DNA from: Candidatus Izemoplasmatales bacterium
GTDB taxonomy: Bacteria; Bacillota_I; Bacilli_A; Izemoplasmatales; Hujiaoplasmataceae
Length of the DNA stretch: 55,976 bases
Reading direction: 5' to 3'
Assembly (NCBI GenBank): GCA_050177605.1
Contig: JBFXGX010000011.1
Coordinates: 1-55,976 of the forward strand
Positions 1 through 9,062 of the stretch are shown one piece after another. Made by a program: the position numbers and the translations under genes. Within the stretch, counting starts at the first letter, position 1. Every line of letters starts with the position of its first letter. The notes below the pieces were generated by a model that ran no database searches, was not told the DNA's origin, and saw only the letters and a list, made by a program, of their open reading frames with translations.

Positions 1-259
1 TATGCCCAGCTGCGCCGATACGAAGTCTCCAATTAGTATGTAAACTTGGCACTTCAATGGTTTTTTCATAGCAAACTTTTCCCACGTAATCGCGGATTTC
101 CTTTTCTGTAAATAAATCGTTATAACTACCAGGTACGCCAATCATCCTACTGTTTTCTAATGGATGGATTGGGTTGTAATGAATATCAACGAGACTAAAA
201 TTCCATAGGCCATTCAAAGATAATGCAAGTCTTGATTGATTTGTGACAGGTTGTAACAT
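1..259 (-). CDS. uidA: Beta-glucuronidase (GH2), N-terminal part; runs off the window start
   Basis: Not in the ORF track. Manual translation from ATG 259 (RBS GAGGTG upstream) gives MLQPVTNQSRLALSLNGLWNFSLVD...VPGSYNDLFTEKEIRDYVGKVCYEK...LRIGAAGH, matching the UidA N-terminal pattern MLxPxxxxxRxxxxLxGLWxF / VPGSxND. Confidence 0.75.
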   Translation of the reverse strand, partial: MLQPVTNQSRLALSLNGLWNFSLVDIHYNPIHPLENSRMIGVPGSYNDLFTEKEIRDYVGKVCYEKTIEVPSLHTNWRLRIGAAGH

Positions 260-421
260 TATTTCACCTCGTTTGCTTCAATAATTCTATTGTACCATAG
301 AATCATAGATGTGCGATGAATTCATAATTAATGAATTATTTTAGTATATTTTTATCGCTAGGCTAGATATTCTGTATCATTCGTTTTATAATGAAATTAC
401 GCATATTAGGGGGGGAAGACA

Positions 422-1633
422 ATGAGCCATAATAAAATAGTGTTATATGGATTTTTCTTTACACTCATTTCAGTCATTTTAGTTTTAGGGATTTTATTCT
501 TCGAGCAATGGAGTCATTATATCGAAGCAGCGACAATTATTGGTGCTTTTTCAGGGTTATTTAAGTTAATCTATGAGTCTAGTAAAACACGACTAATTAA
601 GGAAGCAGAATTTATTGCTAATTTAAATCGCGATTTTGTGTCTAATGAACAAATATGTCAATTATATAAGAAACTAGAACATGATTATCGAAAGCAAAAT
701 GATCATTCTGAAATTAACGAAGACGACGTTCTATCCTTTGTAATCTATTTTACTTTCTTTGAAACATTAAATGATTTTATCAAAAAAAGAATTATCCGAA
801 TAAAAAACATTGATGATTTGTTTGGGTATCGGTTCTTCATTATGGTGAACAATCCAACAATTCAAGAATTAGAATTGCTGAATCCAAATATCAAGAGTTC
901 ATATGTCAATATATTTAACTTATACAATAAGTGGTTAAGGTACAGAACCAAAGTTTGTAGAAAAAATAATCAAAAAATCACAGATAGTGTTGTTTTGTGG
1001 AATCACAATTTGTTTGAAAGAAGTAATGATATTTTTTCTCTCCTTCATATAAAAGAAAACAACACAACGATTTCCAAAGCTTCCTTTTTGGATTTTCTAA
1101 AAATTATACTAATTCAAAACCGTACGCATAAATATGAGTATTCGCGACCAGTTATAGAACAATTAAGAAAACTAGAGAAAAACAAAAACCTGACTAGTCA
1201 AGAAATAAAGAAAAATCAAAAAAACATGTTTGTGAAAAGTCATATTTTTGAATTGTGTGAAATGTTTTTACATAAAAATCTATTTGTTAAAAAAGCTGCG
1301 TTTGGGTTAGAAGGCTACATAGGCGTAATTCCAGTAAAAAAACGCAAATATTTGCTTAAGTATACTGAGCATCCTGAAGCAACACTAGTGATTGATACAG
1401 TAGTTGTTGATACTCCATTTAGGGGCTTTCATATTCAAAAGGATTTGATTGAGTATATAAAAGCGAATTATCTTCAAAAATATAGCCATTTGATTGCGAC
1501 AATTGATCCAAATAACAAAAAAAGTCAGTTGAATTTTAGTTCGTCTAAGTTTAATCAAGTCGCAAAAAACATTCAAATGTATCATCATAGAATCCGAGAT
1601 GTCTACAGCTTTTCTAGCGAACATTTACTGTAA
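422..1633 (+). CDS. Membrane-anchored hypothetical protein: 2 TM, DUF4760-like helical domain, C-terminal GNAT-like domain
   Basis: 403-aa ORF with a hydrophobic N-terminus; FFETLNDFIKKRIIRIKNIDDLFGYRF segment; C-terminal VVDTPFRGFHIQKDL and ATIDPNNKKSQLNF resemble GNAT motifs A/B; TAGATA-17-TATAAT promoter at 364-392. Confidence 0.55.
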   Translation: MSHNKIVLYGFFFTLISVILVLGILFFEQWSHYIEAATIIGAFSGLFKLIYESSKTRLIKEAEFIANLNRDFVSNEQICQLYKKLEHDYRKQNDHSEINEDDVLSFVIYFTFFETLNDFIKKRIIRIKNIDDLFGYRFFIMVNNPTIQELELLNPNIKSSYVNIFNLYNKWLRYRTKVCRKNNQKITDSVVLWNHNLFERSNDIFSLLHIKENNTTISKASFLDFLKIILIQNRTHKYEYSRPVIEQLRKLEKNKNLTSQEIKKNQKNMFVKSHIFELCEMFLHKNLFVKKAAFGLEGYIGVIPVKKRKYLLKYTEHPEATLVIDTVVVDTPFRGFHIQKDLIEYIKANYLQKYSHLIATIDPNNKKSQLNFSSSKFNQVAKNIQMYHHRIRDVYSFSSEHLL

Positions 1634-1797
1634 AAAGTATTGAACCAAAAGTTCAAAATTGAATTATTACTGTAATAATGTCTTGCCTTGAGATATAATA
1701 AAAGTAGATTCATATCCAAAAATAATCCTCAATAGAAATAGTAGTTTGTTTTTCTTGTTTTTCAGGTTGATAGAGGAAATAATTGAGGAGGGTTACT

Positions 1798-2034
1798 ATG
1801 AATCTAAAAAAAGTGTTAAACAAAGATAAGACGGGTGAAAAAATCAAAAGTTTTATTCGCAAATCATCCTTTTCTTATGAGGATATTGCAAATGAACTTG
1901 ATTTAAGTAGCGCTAGAGTTATCTATGATTGGATGAACGGATTTAAAATGCCAAATATAGAACACTTGGTCGTTTTATCTACCTTGCTTCAAGTACAAAT
2001 CGAAGACATTCTTGTAATAGAGAATGTCTTTTGA
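1798..2034 (+). CDS. XRE/Cro-C1 family helix-turn-helix regulator
   Basis: ATG 1798 after GAGGAGG; SYEDIANELDLSSARVIYDWMNGFKMPNIEHLVVLSTLLQVQIEDIL is a typical HTH_3 pattern. Confidence 0.88.
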   Translation: MNLKKVLNKDKTGEKIKSFIRKSSFSYEDIANELDLSSARVIYDWMNGFKMPNIEHLVVLSTLLQVQIEDILVIENVF

Positions 2035-2053
2035 TTTTTGTACCTTCAGTACA

Positions 2054-2082
2054 TTGTTTCCTAGATTTCAAATAAGTATAAT
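2054..2082 (+). promoter_or_regulatory. Sigma-A promoter of the large ncRNA
   Basis: TTGTTT (2054-2059), 17 bp, TATAAT (2077-2082); predicts a start near 2089, just before the closing stem; no ORF downstream. Confidence 0.75.
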
Positions 2083-2089
2083 AGGCTTA

Positions 2090-2644
2090 TCATAAGTTCT
2101 TTGAAAAGAAAATAGAGTGCAAACATGTCACGATTAGGCTCATAACCTAACATGTACACTATCTTCGGCACGGAAGAAAGGCGATAGTCTTTAGTAGTAG
2201 TGTCTCATCACCTATGAAACAACATAGGGAGGGTAGTGGTGGTATGTTGAAACTTATTCGTTATAATGCATCAGATCTTCTTGGGGGAGATAATAGACGC
2301 TACTAGGTAGAAAAATCAAGTTAGGGAAGTAAAGTCGCAACTACAGGCCAAACCTTGAAACGCGAACAATCCCTTTTGTCGTTGAGATACTTAACGGTAT
2401 GTATAAAAGAAGACTGAGTTGGAGTAGCACAAAATGACAAAATAAACTGGAATATAGAGAGATTTTTCAGGCTACCATGGTGTGAAACTTGAGGATAACC
2501 AATTCCTTTACAGCCTTGTTAAGAGACGGATAAAATCGGATCGCAACCGATTTGTGCCCCGTTACTTGCTGGTGGCAGAAATAATAACGATGTAGGGCAT
2601 ATTATGGGGACGACTCGGCACTTTATTTTGTTTTCAGAGAATTT
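2090..2644 (+). ncRNA. Large structured non-coding RNA (~550 nt), probably ROOL class
   Basis: No ORF of 60 aa or more; visibly more GC-rich than the flanks. 2094-2120 pairs with 2618-2644 (~27 bp with G-U pairs and one mismatch). Internal helices: 2123-2155, 2158-2188, 2195-2205/2295-2305, 2211-2228, 2275-2291, 2374-2383/2433-2442, 2533-2553, 2555-2599. Promoter upstream and terminator downstream. The ncRNA call is strong; the ROOL assignment is inferred from size and lineage. Confidence 0.8.
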
Positions 2645-2651
2645 TAAAAAA

Positions 2652-2679
2652 ATAGGAGAACTTTTTTGAGTTCTCCTAT
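2652..2679. terminator. Hairpin terminator between the ncRNA and the convergent suhB-like gene
   Basis: ATAGGAGAACT-TTTTTG-AGTTCTCCTAT perfect 11-bp stem, with an A-run on the left (U-tract for the minus strand). Confidence 0.75.
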
Positions 2680-3455
2680 ATCTTATTGTTTATACTTTGA
2701 ATTACTTCATTCATTACAACTTGATTTGCGAATGCGAATAAATGAGTATCGCCTATTTTGTAAGGCTCACCAAATTCATTTGAAATAATACCACCAGCCT
2801 CTTTCACAAGAACAATCCCAGGAGCAATATCCCAAGGATTATATACATCAGTGTATAAAAGAGAAAATGCACCTTGTGCTAAATGGGCCATTTCAAAACC
2901 CATTGTTCCTAACATTCTTAGTTTTATCTTGTTTCGTTGACTAAATTGAATCATTTCTTGAAACATAGATTTATCGTTATCGCTTTGATGGGTTATACCT
3001 ACTAAGGAAAAAAGCCTGTTTGGTGAAGTTGTGTCTTTTTCCGTATGGATTCTCTCCTCGTTTAAATAGGCACCTTCCCCTTTAATAGCAGTGAAAGTTT
3101 TGTTAATTCTAGGTGCGTAAATATAAGAAAGAACAAAATCATTATGATCATACAAAGCAACTTGAACAACGAACATATCCAGACCATGTGCATAATTGCT
3201 TGTACCATCGATTGGATCAATCAACCATGTTCTATCTTCAAGAGATGAGTCTTTATGAAATTCCTCACTGAAAAATCGATCATTTGGAAATTCTTCAAGG
3301 ATTGAGCGAATGATTTCTTTTTCAATATATAAATCAGAAGAAGTAACAATTTCATCTTTTGATTTATAAGAAACTTGTTTAATACTTTTTTCTGTAGCTT
3401 CAAAAACCTTTGGAATGATTCTTTTCAGTAAATTCATCTCACGCGAGTACACCAC
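2676..3455 (-). CDS. Inositol monophosphatase family protein (SuhB-like)
   Basis: IVTSSD, FSEE, WLIDPIDGTSNY and PWDIAPG motifs. Confidence 0.9.
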   Translation of the reverse strand: MVYSREMNLLKRIIPKVFEATEKSIKQVSYKSKDEIVTSSDLYIEKEIIRSILEEFPNDRFFSEEFHKDSSLEDRTWLIDPIDGTSNYAHGLDMFVVQVALYDHNDFVLSYIYAPRINKTFTAIKGEGAYLNEERIHTEKDTTSPNRLFSLVGITHQSDNDKSMFQEMIQFSQRNKIKLRMLGTMGFEMAHLAQGAFSLLYTDVYNPWDIAPGIVLVKEAGGIISNEFGEPYKIGDTHLFAFANQVVMNEVIQSINNKI

Positions 3456-3467
3456 GAATCTCCTCCT

Positions 3468-4151
3468 TTATTTTGTTACGCTTGGAATTTCGTAAGGTAA
3501 TATAATTTTAGGTGAACTAAAACCAAGTTTATAAAAACCGGTCATCACCACATATCCATTATACTCCTTACCTGTTTCAGTTTTTAACGATGCAATATTT
3601 TTGTTTAGGGCATTAATTGGGTTTGGGAATTTTGCTTTCGTTTTATAATTGACTCTGCCGTCTTGTTTAAATTTAGCACCTCGAATGCTCCATTCATCCC
3701 AACTAGGATTACCACTCACTATTCCCATAATATCGGCGAAATAGAGTGCATAACTTTTTCCGTGTTTGTCAAATACAATCATTCTAGTCTGTAGATTAAC
3801 TGTGATATCCGTATCTTTGACTCCTCCTTGTTGAACTTGATCATAAACAATATGAATATCCATAATGCCATGATATAAGGCTTCAAATATGTTCACACGG
3901 TAGATTCGGTAAAATACAGAGTTAAAATATCTGGCGATTTGTGATGAGAGAAAAACCAATAACACGATGAGTAACATAATCAGCACAGTCTTAATGCCGC
4001 CAAAGATGATTCTAACGGTTTCAAAGATATCAGGAGCCTCACTATAGTATAAAGAGATTATTTTATTGAGTACCCCAATGATAATGAGAGCGACAATAAT
4101 TTGAACAAGAGTTTTTAAAAGAGATGTATATTTTGAATATGAATTCATCAT
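3468..4151 (-). CDS. Membrane protein with a degenerate NERD-like domain
   Basis: Two N-terminal TM helices, then GIVSG...EW...KFPNPI...NIASLK resembling the NERD scaffold without its catalytic residues. Confidence 0.45.
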   Translation of the reverse strand: MMNSYSKYTSLLKTLVQIIVALIIIGVLNKIISLYYSEAPDIFETVRIIFGGIKTVLIMLLIVLLVFLSSQIARYFNSVFYRIYRVNIFEALYHGIMDIHIVYDQVQQGGVKDTDITVNLQTRMIVFDKHGKSYALYFADIMGIVSGNPSWDEWSIRGAKFKQDGRVNYKTKAKFPNPINALNKNIASLKTETGKEYNGYVVMTGFYKLGFSSPKIILPYEIPSVTK

Positions 4152-4229
4152 TACCTCCTAAAAGTAAATATTTGAATGCAAATATACTTTTATTTTACTT
4201 GAAATAGAAATAATTATCAACATTTACTA

Positions 4230-4985
4230 TTAAATAATTCCTAATGGAATCAGTGTTGCAAGTAATAATAGGACAACACCCCAAAGAATGGAGATAAACT
4301 TAACTTGCTTTTTAATCGGTGCATCATAGATTAAGAATGCCGCTAAAAAGAACGGAATATAGGTTGTGATAAAAACTGGAATCGCTCCCCACCAAGGATA
4401 AATCCATAAAAATGCTGGTGTTCCAGCTAAGAAGATTTCAAAGAAACTAAAGAATGCCGCATTCAAAATAGCAAAGAAGATGCGGTTATTCATGCCTAGA
4501 ATTTCTAAATTCGTGTTTTCTGGAAGTAGTTTTGACATGGCGAGCCCAGCGATGGCGAACATCATCGATAACTCCCATGAAACACCAATTAGCAGAATGA
4601 ATGATGTGCTTTCTGGCGATACAGTCCAAAGAGCGTATCCTGAGATTGATTGAATTAGAGCATTCAAAATCTCATAGATCCAATGTACGCCGTAGAGTGC
4701 TAAAGCAGCCATGAGCCCTTTATAGTTTTTATTTTTTAATTCACTAAAATAGATGTATATGACAATCGCAAACAGTGTAATGAAAGTCCAATTAAAATTA
4801 GCACTTGATCTAACACTAATATTTGCTAGATTAATCGCTCCTTCATTGGAGGAAGTACCCCAGAAAACGAATACGCTAGAGTCTTTTGCAATCAGCGATA
4901 AAATCCATTCTAAAAAACAAATCGAAAGAATAAGCAAAAAAATAGGAATAGCCTTTTTTATGGTATTTTTGAGTTTTTCATCCAT
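4230..4985 (-). CDS. Integral membrane hypothetical protein
   Basis: 251 aa with about 7 hydrophobic segments; divergent from the GH3 gene. Confidence 0.7.
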   Translation of the reverse strand: MDEKLKNTIKKAIPIFLLILSICFLEWILSLIAKDSSVFVFWGTSSNEGAINLANISVRSSANFNWTFITLFAIVIYIYFSELKNKNYKGLMAALALYGVHWIYEILNALIQSISGYALWTVSPESTSFILLIGVSWELSMMFAIAGLAMSKLLPENTNLEILGMNNRIFFAILNAAFFSFFEIFLAGTPAFLWIYPWWGAIPVFITTYIPFFLAAFLIYDAPIKKQVKFISILWGVVLLLLATLIPLGII

Positions 4986-5142
4986 TGATAAATATCCACC
5001 TTTCTTGATTGACTTAATTATACAACTAAAGCGATCAATTTTGAAGTTTCATTTCAATATAATGATTTATATTATTGATTTTTTCTCAATGTTTATATAA
5101 TATTTAATTAGTACAGTCTATTGAAGGAGTGTGAAGTAATCA

Positions 5143-7542
5143 ATGAGTAATGAGGCAAAAAAAATACTTCGCGAATTGACTTTAGAAGAAAAATGTAGTT
5201 TAGCTTCAGGAAAAGACTTTTGGCATCTTAAATCAATAGATAGATTAGATCTTCCTGAAATTATGGTTACCGATGGACCGCATGGCTTACGAAAACAAAA
5301 AGGGTCTGGTGATCATATTGGAATCAACACAAGTGTAAAAGCCACTTGTTTTCCAACCGCAAGCTTGCTCGCCAGTTCTTGGGATGAATCGCTTCTTTTT
5401 TCAATGGGTGAGGCTCTAGGACAAGAATGTATTAGTGAAGAAGTCTCCGTATTGTTAGGACCTGGAGCGAACATCAAAAGACATCCACTTTGTGGCAGAA
5501 ACTTTGAATACTTCAGCGAGGATCCTTTCTTAAGTGGAAAAATGGCTTCCGCATGGATCAATGGTGTTCAAAGTCAAGGTATTGGCACAAGTTTGAAGCA
5601 CTTTGTCGCAAACAATCAAGAAGCATTCCGGTTAGTCTCAGATTCCATCATTGATGAGAGAACTCTTCGAGAAATCTATCTCAAAAGTTTTGAAATCGCT
5701 ATTAAAGAAAGTCAACCTTGGACAGTGATGTGTTCTTATAATCTGGTGAATGGAACCTATATGAGCGAAAACGAAAGACTGCTCCAAAAGGTTTTAAAGG
5801 AAGAGTGGAATTTCCCTGGCCTTGTGGTTACTGACTGGGGAGCTTGTAATAACCGAATGGAGGGAATCATCGCAGGTCAAGACTTAGAAATGCCTTCTAG
5901 TAATGAAATGAATGACTTATTACTATTCAAATCAGTTAAAAATGGAACTTTAAGTGAAGACATATTGGATGAACGCATTGAACGTGTTATCGACCTTATA
6001 TTAAAATCAAAAGAGACTTTGTCTAAACAACACTATCATTATGATGAAGAAACCCATCACCAAATTGCTAGAGATATCGCAACCCAAGGAATGGTTCTAC
6101 TTAAGAATGATTCTGGCATCTTGCCACTTCCAAAAAGCACACGTGTAGCCTTGATTGGTGAATTTGCTAAAAAACCTCGATACCAAGGAAGTGGTAGCAG
6201 TTTAATTAATCCTAATCTGTTGTCAAATGCCTATGAAGCATTTAAGGATGTACTCCATGATGAACTTCTATATGCAAAGGGGTATGATAGTACTACTGAT
6301 GAAGTAGACCAAGTGCTTATCGATGAAGCTTTGGAAGTATGTAGACAAGCAGAGGTCATTGTTATCATGGCAGGATTAACTGAAACTTATGAAAGCGAAG
6401 GTTTTGACCGAAAGCATCTGGATCTACCAATGAATCATACTGCATTAATCAATGCAATCACAAAAGAGTTCAAAGAAGTAGTTGTTGTTCTTGCGAACGG
6501 TGCGCCTGTTCTGATGCCATGGAAAAATGAAGTAAGAGCTATTCTTGAAGCATATCTTGGCGGAGAGGCAAGTGGCGAAGCATTAGCTGATATTATCTTT
6601 GGATATGTTAATCCATCGGGAAAACTAGCGGAAACTTTTCCGAATTCATTAGAAGAAATTCCATCAAATCAAAATTTTCCTGGGATACATAAGCAAGTGG
6701 AGTATCGAGAAGGATTGTACGTTGGATATCGCGCTTATGATACAATGAATATTGACCCGCTATTCCCATTTGGATTTGGACTTAGTTATACAACATTTAG
6801 TTATGATAATCCAATGATTTCTGTTAAGAATAATTTAATTACCGTTAGCGTCGATATCTCTAATACGGGGAATTTGACTGGTAAAGAAATTGTTCAAGTT
6901 TATGTCAGTAAAAAAGATAGTCTTGTTTATCGACCAGCAAAAGAATTAAAAGGATTTACGAAAGTCAACCTCCTTCCTGCAGAAACAAAGACAGCGCAAA
7001 TTTTGATTCCTGCCCTTCAACTTGGTGTATACAATATTGATCAGTTTAAAGTTGAACCTGGAGAATACTTGGTGATGATTGGGTCTTCTAGTAGAGATAT
7101 TAAATTTACTGAGAAGATTCACATTCATTCAAAAGATATAGTGACAGAGGTTAATGATCAATACTATAAAAATATTGACCATCATTTCTATCCATCAAGA
7201 GAAGTGTTCGAACAAATCTATGGAAAAAAAGTAAGTGAACCTCTGAAACAAAAACCATTCCATATGAACTCAACACTTGATGAAATTAAAGGTTCAATCG
7301 TTGGAAATCAAATACATAAAATGGTTGCGAAAGAAATGCAAACGATGTTAGGAAAAGATTTGGATGCTGGATCAAAAAAGATGATTGAAGAGATGGTGGG
7401 AGAAATGCCACTCAGATCTCTCATCATTATGAGTGGCGGAATTCTTACATTCAGACAAGGTGAAGGAATCATTGACTTGCTGAATCATCATCCAATTAGA
7501 GGATTGATTAAACTAATTCATAAAAACAAGAAAAACGCTTAA
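5143..7542 (+). CDS. GH3 beta-glucosidase with Fn3-like domain
   Basis: TDGPHGLRK, GRNFEYFSEDP, KHFVANNQE, nucleophile motif VVTDWG, ESEGFDR, YREGLYVGYR; terminator at 7533-7557. Confidence 0.95.
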   Translation: MSNEAKKILRELTLEEKCSLASGKDFWHLKSIDRLDLPEIMVTDGPHGLRKQKGSGDHIGINTSVKATCFPTASLLASSWDESLLFSMGEALGQECISEEVSVLLGPGANIKRHPLCGRNFEYFSEDPFLSGKMASAWINGVQSQGIGTSLKHFVANNQEAFRLVSDSIIDERTLREIYLKSFEIAIKESQPWTVMCSYNLVNGTYMSENERLLQKVLKEEWNFPGLVVTDWGACNNRMEGIIAGQDLEMPSSNEMNDLLLFKSVKNGTLSEDILDERIERVIDLILKSKETLSKQHYHYDEETHHQIARDIATQGMVLLKNDSGILPLPKSTRVALIGEFAKKPRYQGSGSSLINPNLLSNAYEAFKDVLHDELLYAKGYDSTTDEVDQVLIDEALEVCRQAEVIVIMAGLTETYESEGFDRKHLDLPMNHTALINAITKEFKEVVVVLANGAPVLMPWKNEVRAILEAYLGGEASGEALADIIFGYVNPSGKLAETFPNSLEEIPSNQNFPGIHKQVEYREGLYVGYRAYDTMNIDPLFPFGFGLSYTTFSYDNPMISVKNNLITVSVDISNTGNLTGKEIVQVYVSKKDSLVYRPAKELKGFTKVNLLPAETKTAQILIPALQLGVYNIDQFKVEPGEYLVMIGSSSRDIKFTEKIHIHSKDIVTEVNDQYYKNIDHHFYPSREVFEQIYGKKVSEPLKQKPFHMNSTLDEIKGSIVGNQIHKMVAKEMQTMLGKDLDAGSKKMIEEMVGEMPLRSLIIMSGGILTFRQGEGIIDLLNHHPIRGLIKLIHKNKKNA

Positions 7543-7714
7543 TATAGCGTTTTTTTAATAGAAAATATGGTTGAAATCAAATCACATTTTTATGTAAATT
7601 TTTTAGTGCACTTGTTGAAATATCATTACAATTTTGGTAAGATATAAAAACAATAAAGCAATAATTTTTATCTTTATTATCTCTATGATATAATAATTTT
7701 ATGAGGTGATTATT

Positions 7715-8143
7715 ATGCTTACAAAAGAAGAAATTAAAACCTATTGGTCTCAAACCTATAACAAAGAAGGAAAACCAGATTGGTCACACATTTTACCGTT
7801 TTATGATCAATCCATTGTTTTTCAAGATAGCATTCAAACGATTAAGGGATTTGAAAACTTTGAAAATATGTGTAAACGGCTCACAAAAAGATCCAAGTCT
7901 CTTCATATGGAGATTGTAACAATTATGCAAGAAGAGAATATCGTTTTAATGGAATGGATTATGACGATTGCTTTTCGTCGAAATCCTTCATCACACATGT
8001 ATGGTACCTCAAAACTTACATTTAATGAGGAAGGAAAAATCATCCATCAACGTGATTATTATGACCTTTGGGGAGACATTTATGATAATATTCCTGGATG
8101 GAGAAGATTTTATCGATGGTTTATGAGAAAGGTGTTTGGATAA
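7715..8143 (+). CDS. NTF2/SnoaL-like protein
   Basis: FYDQSIVFQDSI...G...GKIIHQRDYYD; ATG 7715 after GAGGTG. Confidence 0.8.
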   Translation: MLTKEEIKTYWSQTYNKEGKPDWSHILPFYDQSIVFQDSIQTIKGFENFENMCKRLTKRSKSLHMEIVTIMQEENIVLMEWIMTIAFRRNPSSHMYGTSKLTFNEEGKIIHQRDYYDLWGDIYDNIPGWRRFYRWFMRKVFG

Positions 8144-8144
8144 T

Positions 8145-9062
8145 ATGAAGTTACCTGAAGAACTTAATTTCATAGAAAACGCTAGAAAACCACAGTATTC
8201 TACTTTGAACTCTGTTACAGGGCAAGTGGTTGTCATCACTGGCGCAACATCTGGTGTAGGACTAGAGACGACAAAAGAGGTTTTATCTCATCAAGGGAAT
8301 GTTATCTTAGTTGTTCGTAATGAAGATAAATTGCTACACCTTCTGGATACTGAACTCAGTACATATAAAGACCAAATTAGATATATTATCGCCGACTTTT
8401 CATCCCTCAACGAAGTTAGACGCGCTTCAGAATTATTACATCAAATGGTATATAAAATTGATGTTTTAGTAAATTCTGCAGGAGTTTACCTGACAAAGAA
8501 ATCAATGTCAAAGGATGGTTATGAAATGTCTCTCGCGGTCAATCATTTAGCATCGTTCTTGTTTGCAATTCTAACGTTAGATTTACAACCTCGTAGAATT
8601 ATCCAAATTAACTCGGAAGGACATCGATTTGCTAATTTCAAAATCGAGGATCCAAGTTTTAATAAACGTCATTATACAGGACTCAAAGGATACGGTTCAT
8701 CGAAGACTGCACAACTTCATACGACTTATATCTTATCAGATAGATTATCAAATAAAGGTATCTCCATTAACTGCGTTCATCCTGGAGAAGTAAAAAGTAA
8801 TATTGGTATGAATAACGGATGGTTTTACAGAACCTATAAGAAAATATTTATCAATCCTTTTTTAAAACCCGTACAAGTCTCAGGAAGTGCTATTTATTAT
8901 CATATTGCATGCGATGAAAGCGAAGTAAAAACTGGACGCTTTTATAATTTAACAATTGATGAACTTCCTGCAAAACACGCTAGAGAATCATCCCAATCGA
9001 AGAAAGTATTCGATTGGTCACTTTCAGCGATAGGATTAAAAGAAGAAGAGGTGTTCAAATGA
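8145..9062 (+). CDS. SDR family NAD(P)-dependent oxidoreductase (retinol-dehydrogenase-like)
   Basis: TGATSGVG, NSAG, VNHL, catalytic YGSSK, VHPG; ATG 8145 preferred over TTG 8136 by RBS spacing. Confidence 0.88.
   Translation: MKLPEELNFIENARKPQYSTLNSVTGQVVVITGATSGVGLETTKEVLSHQGNVILVVRNEDKLLHLLDTELSTYKDQIRYIIADFSSLNEVRRASELLHQMVYKIDVLVNSAGVYLTKKSMSKDGYEMSLAVNHLASFLFAILTLDLQPRRIIQINSEGHRFANFKIEDPSFNKRHYTGLKGYGSSKTAQLHTTYILSDRLSNKGISINCVHPGEVKSNIGMNNGWFYRTYKKIFINPFLKPVQVSGSAIYYHIACDESEVKTGRFYNLTIDELPAKHARESSQSKKVFDWSLSAIGLKEEEVFK

Noticed and set aside
1640..1656. LexA (Cheo) box upstream of the XRE gene
   Set aside because: Spacing is GAAC-N5-GTTC, not the canonical N4.
2090..2644. RNase P RNA, tmRNA, 6S/SRP RNA, self-splicing intron or retron ncRNA as the identity of the large RNA
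   Set aside because: No GAGGAAAGTCC-type RNase P core, no tRNA-like ends or tag ORF, too long for 6S or SRP, no interrupted host gene and no reverse transcriptase in the window. Judged by eye; a covariance-model search is needed.
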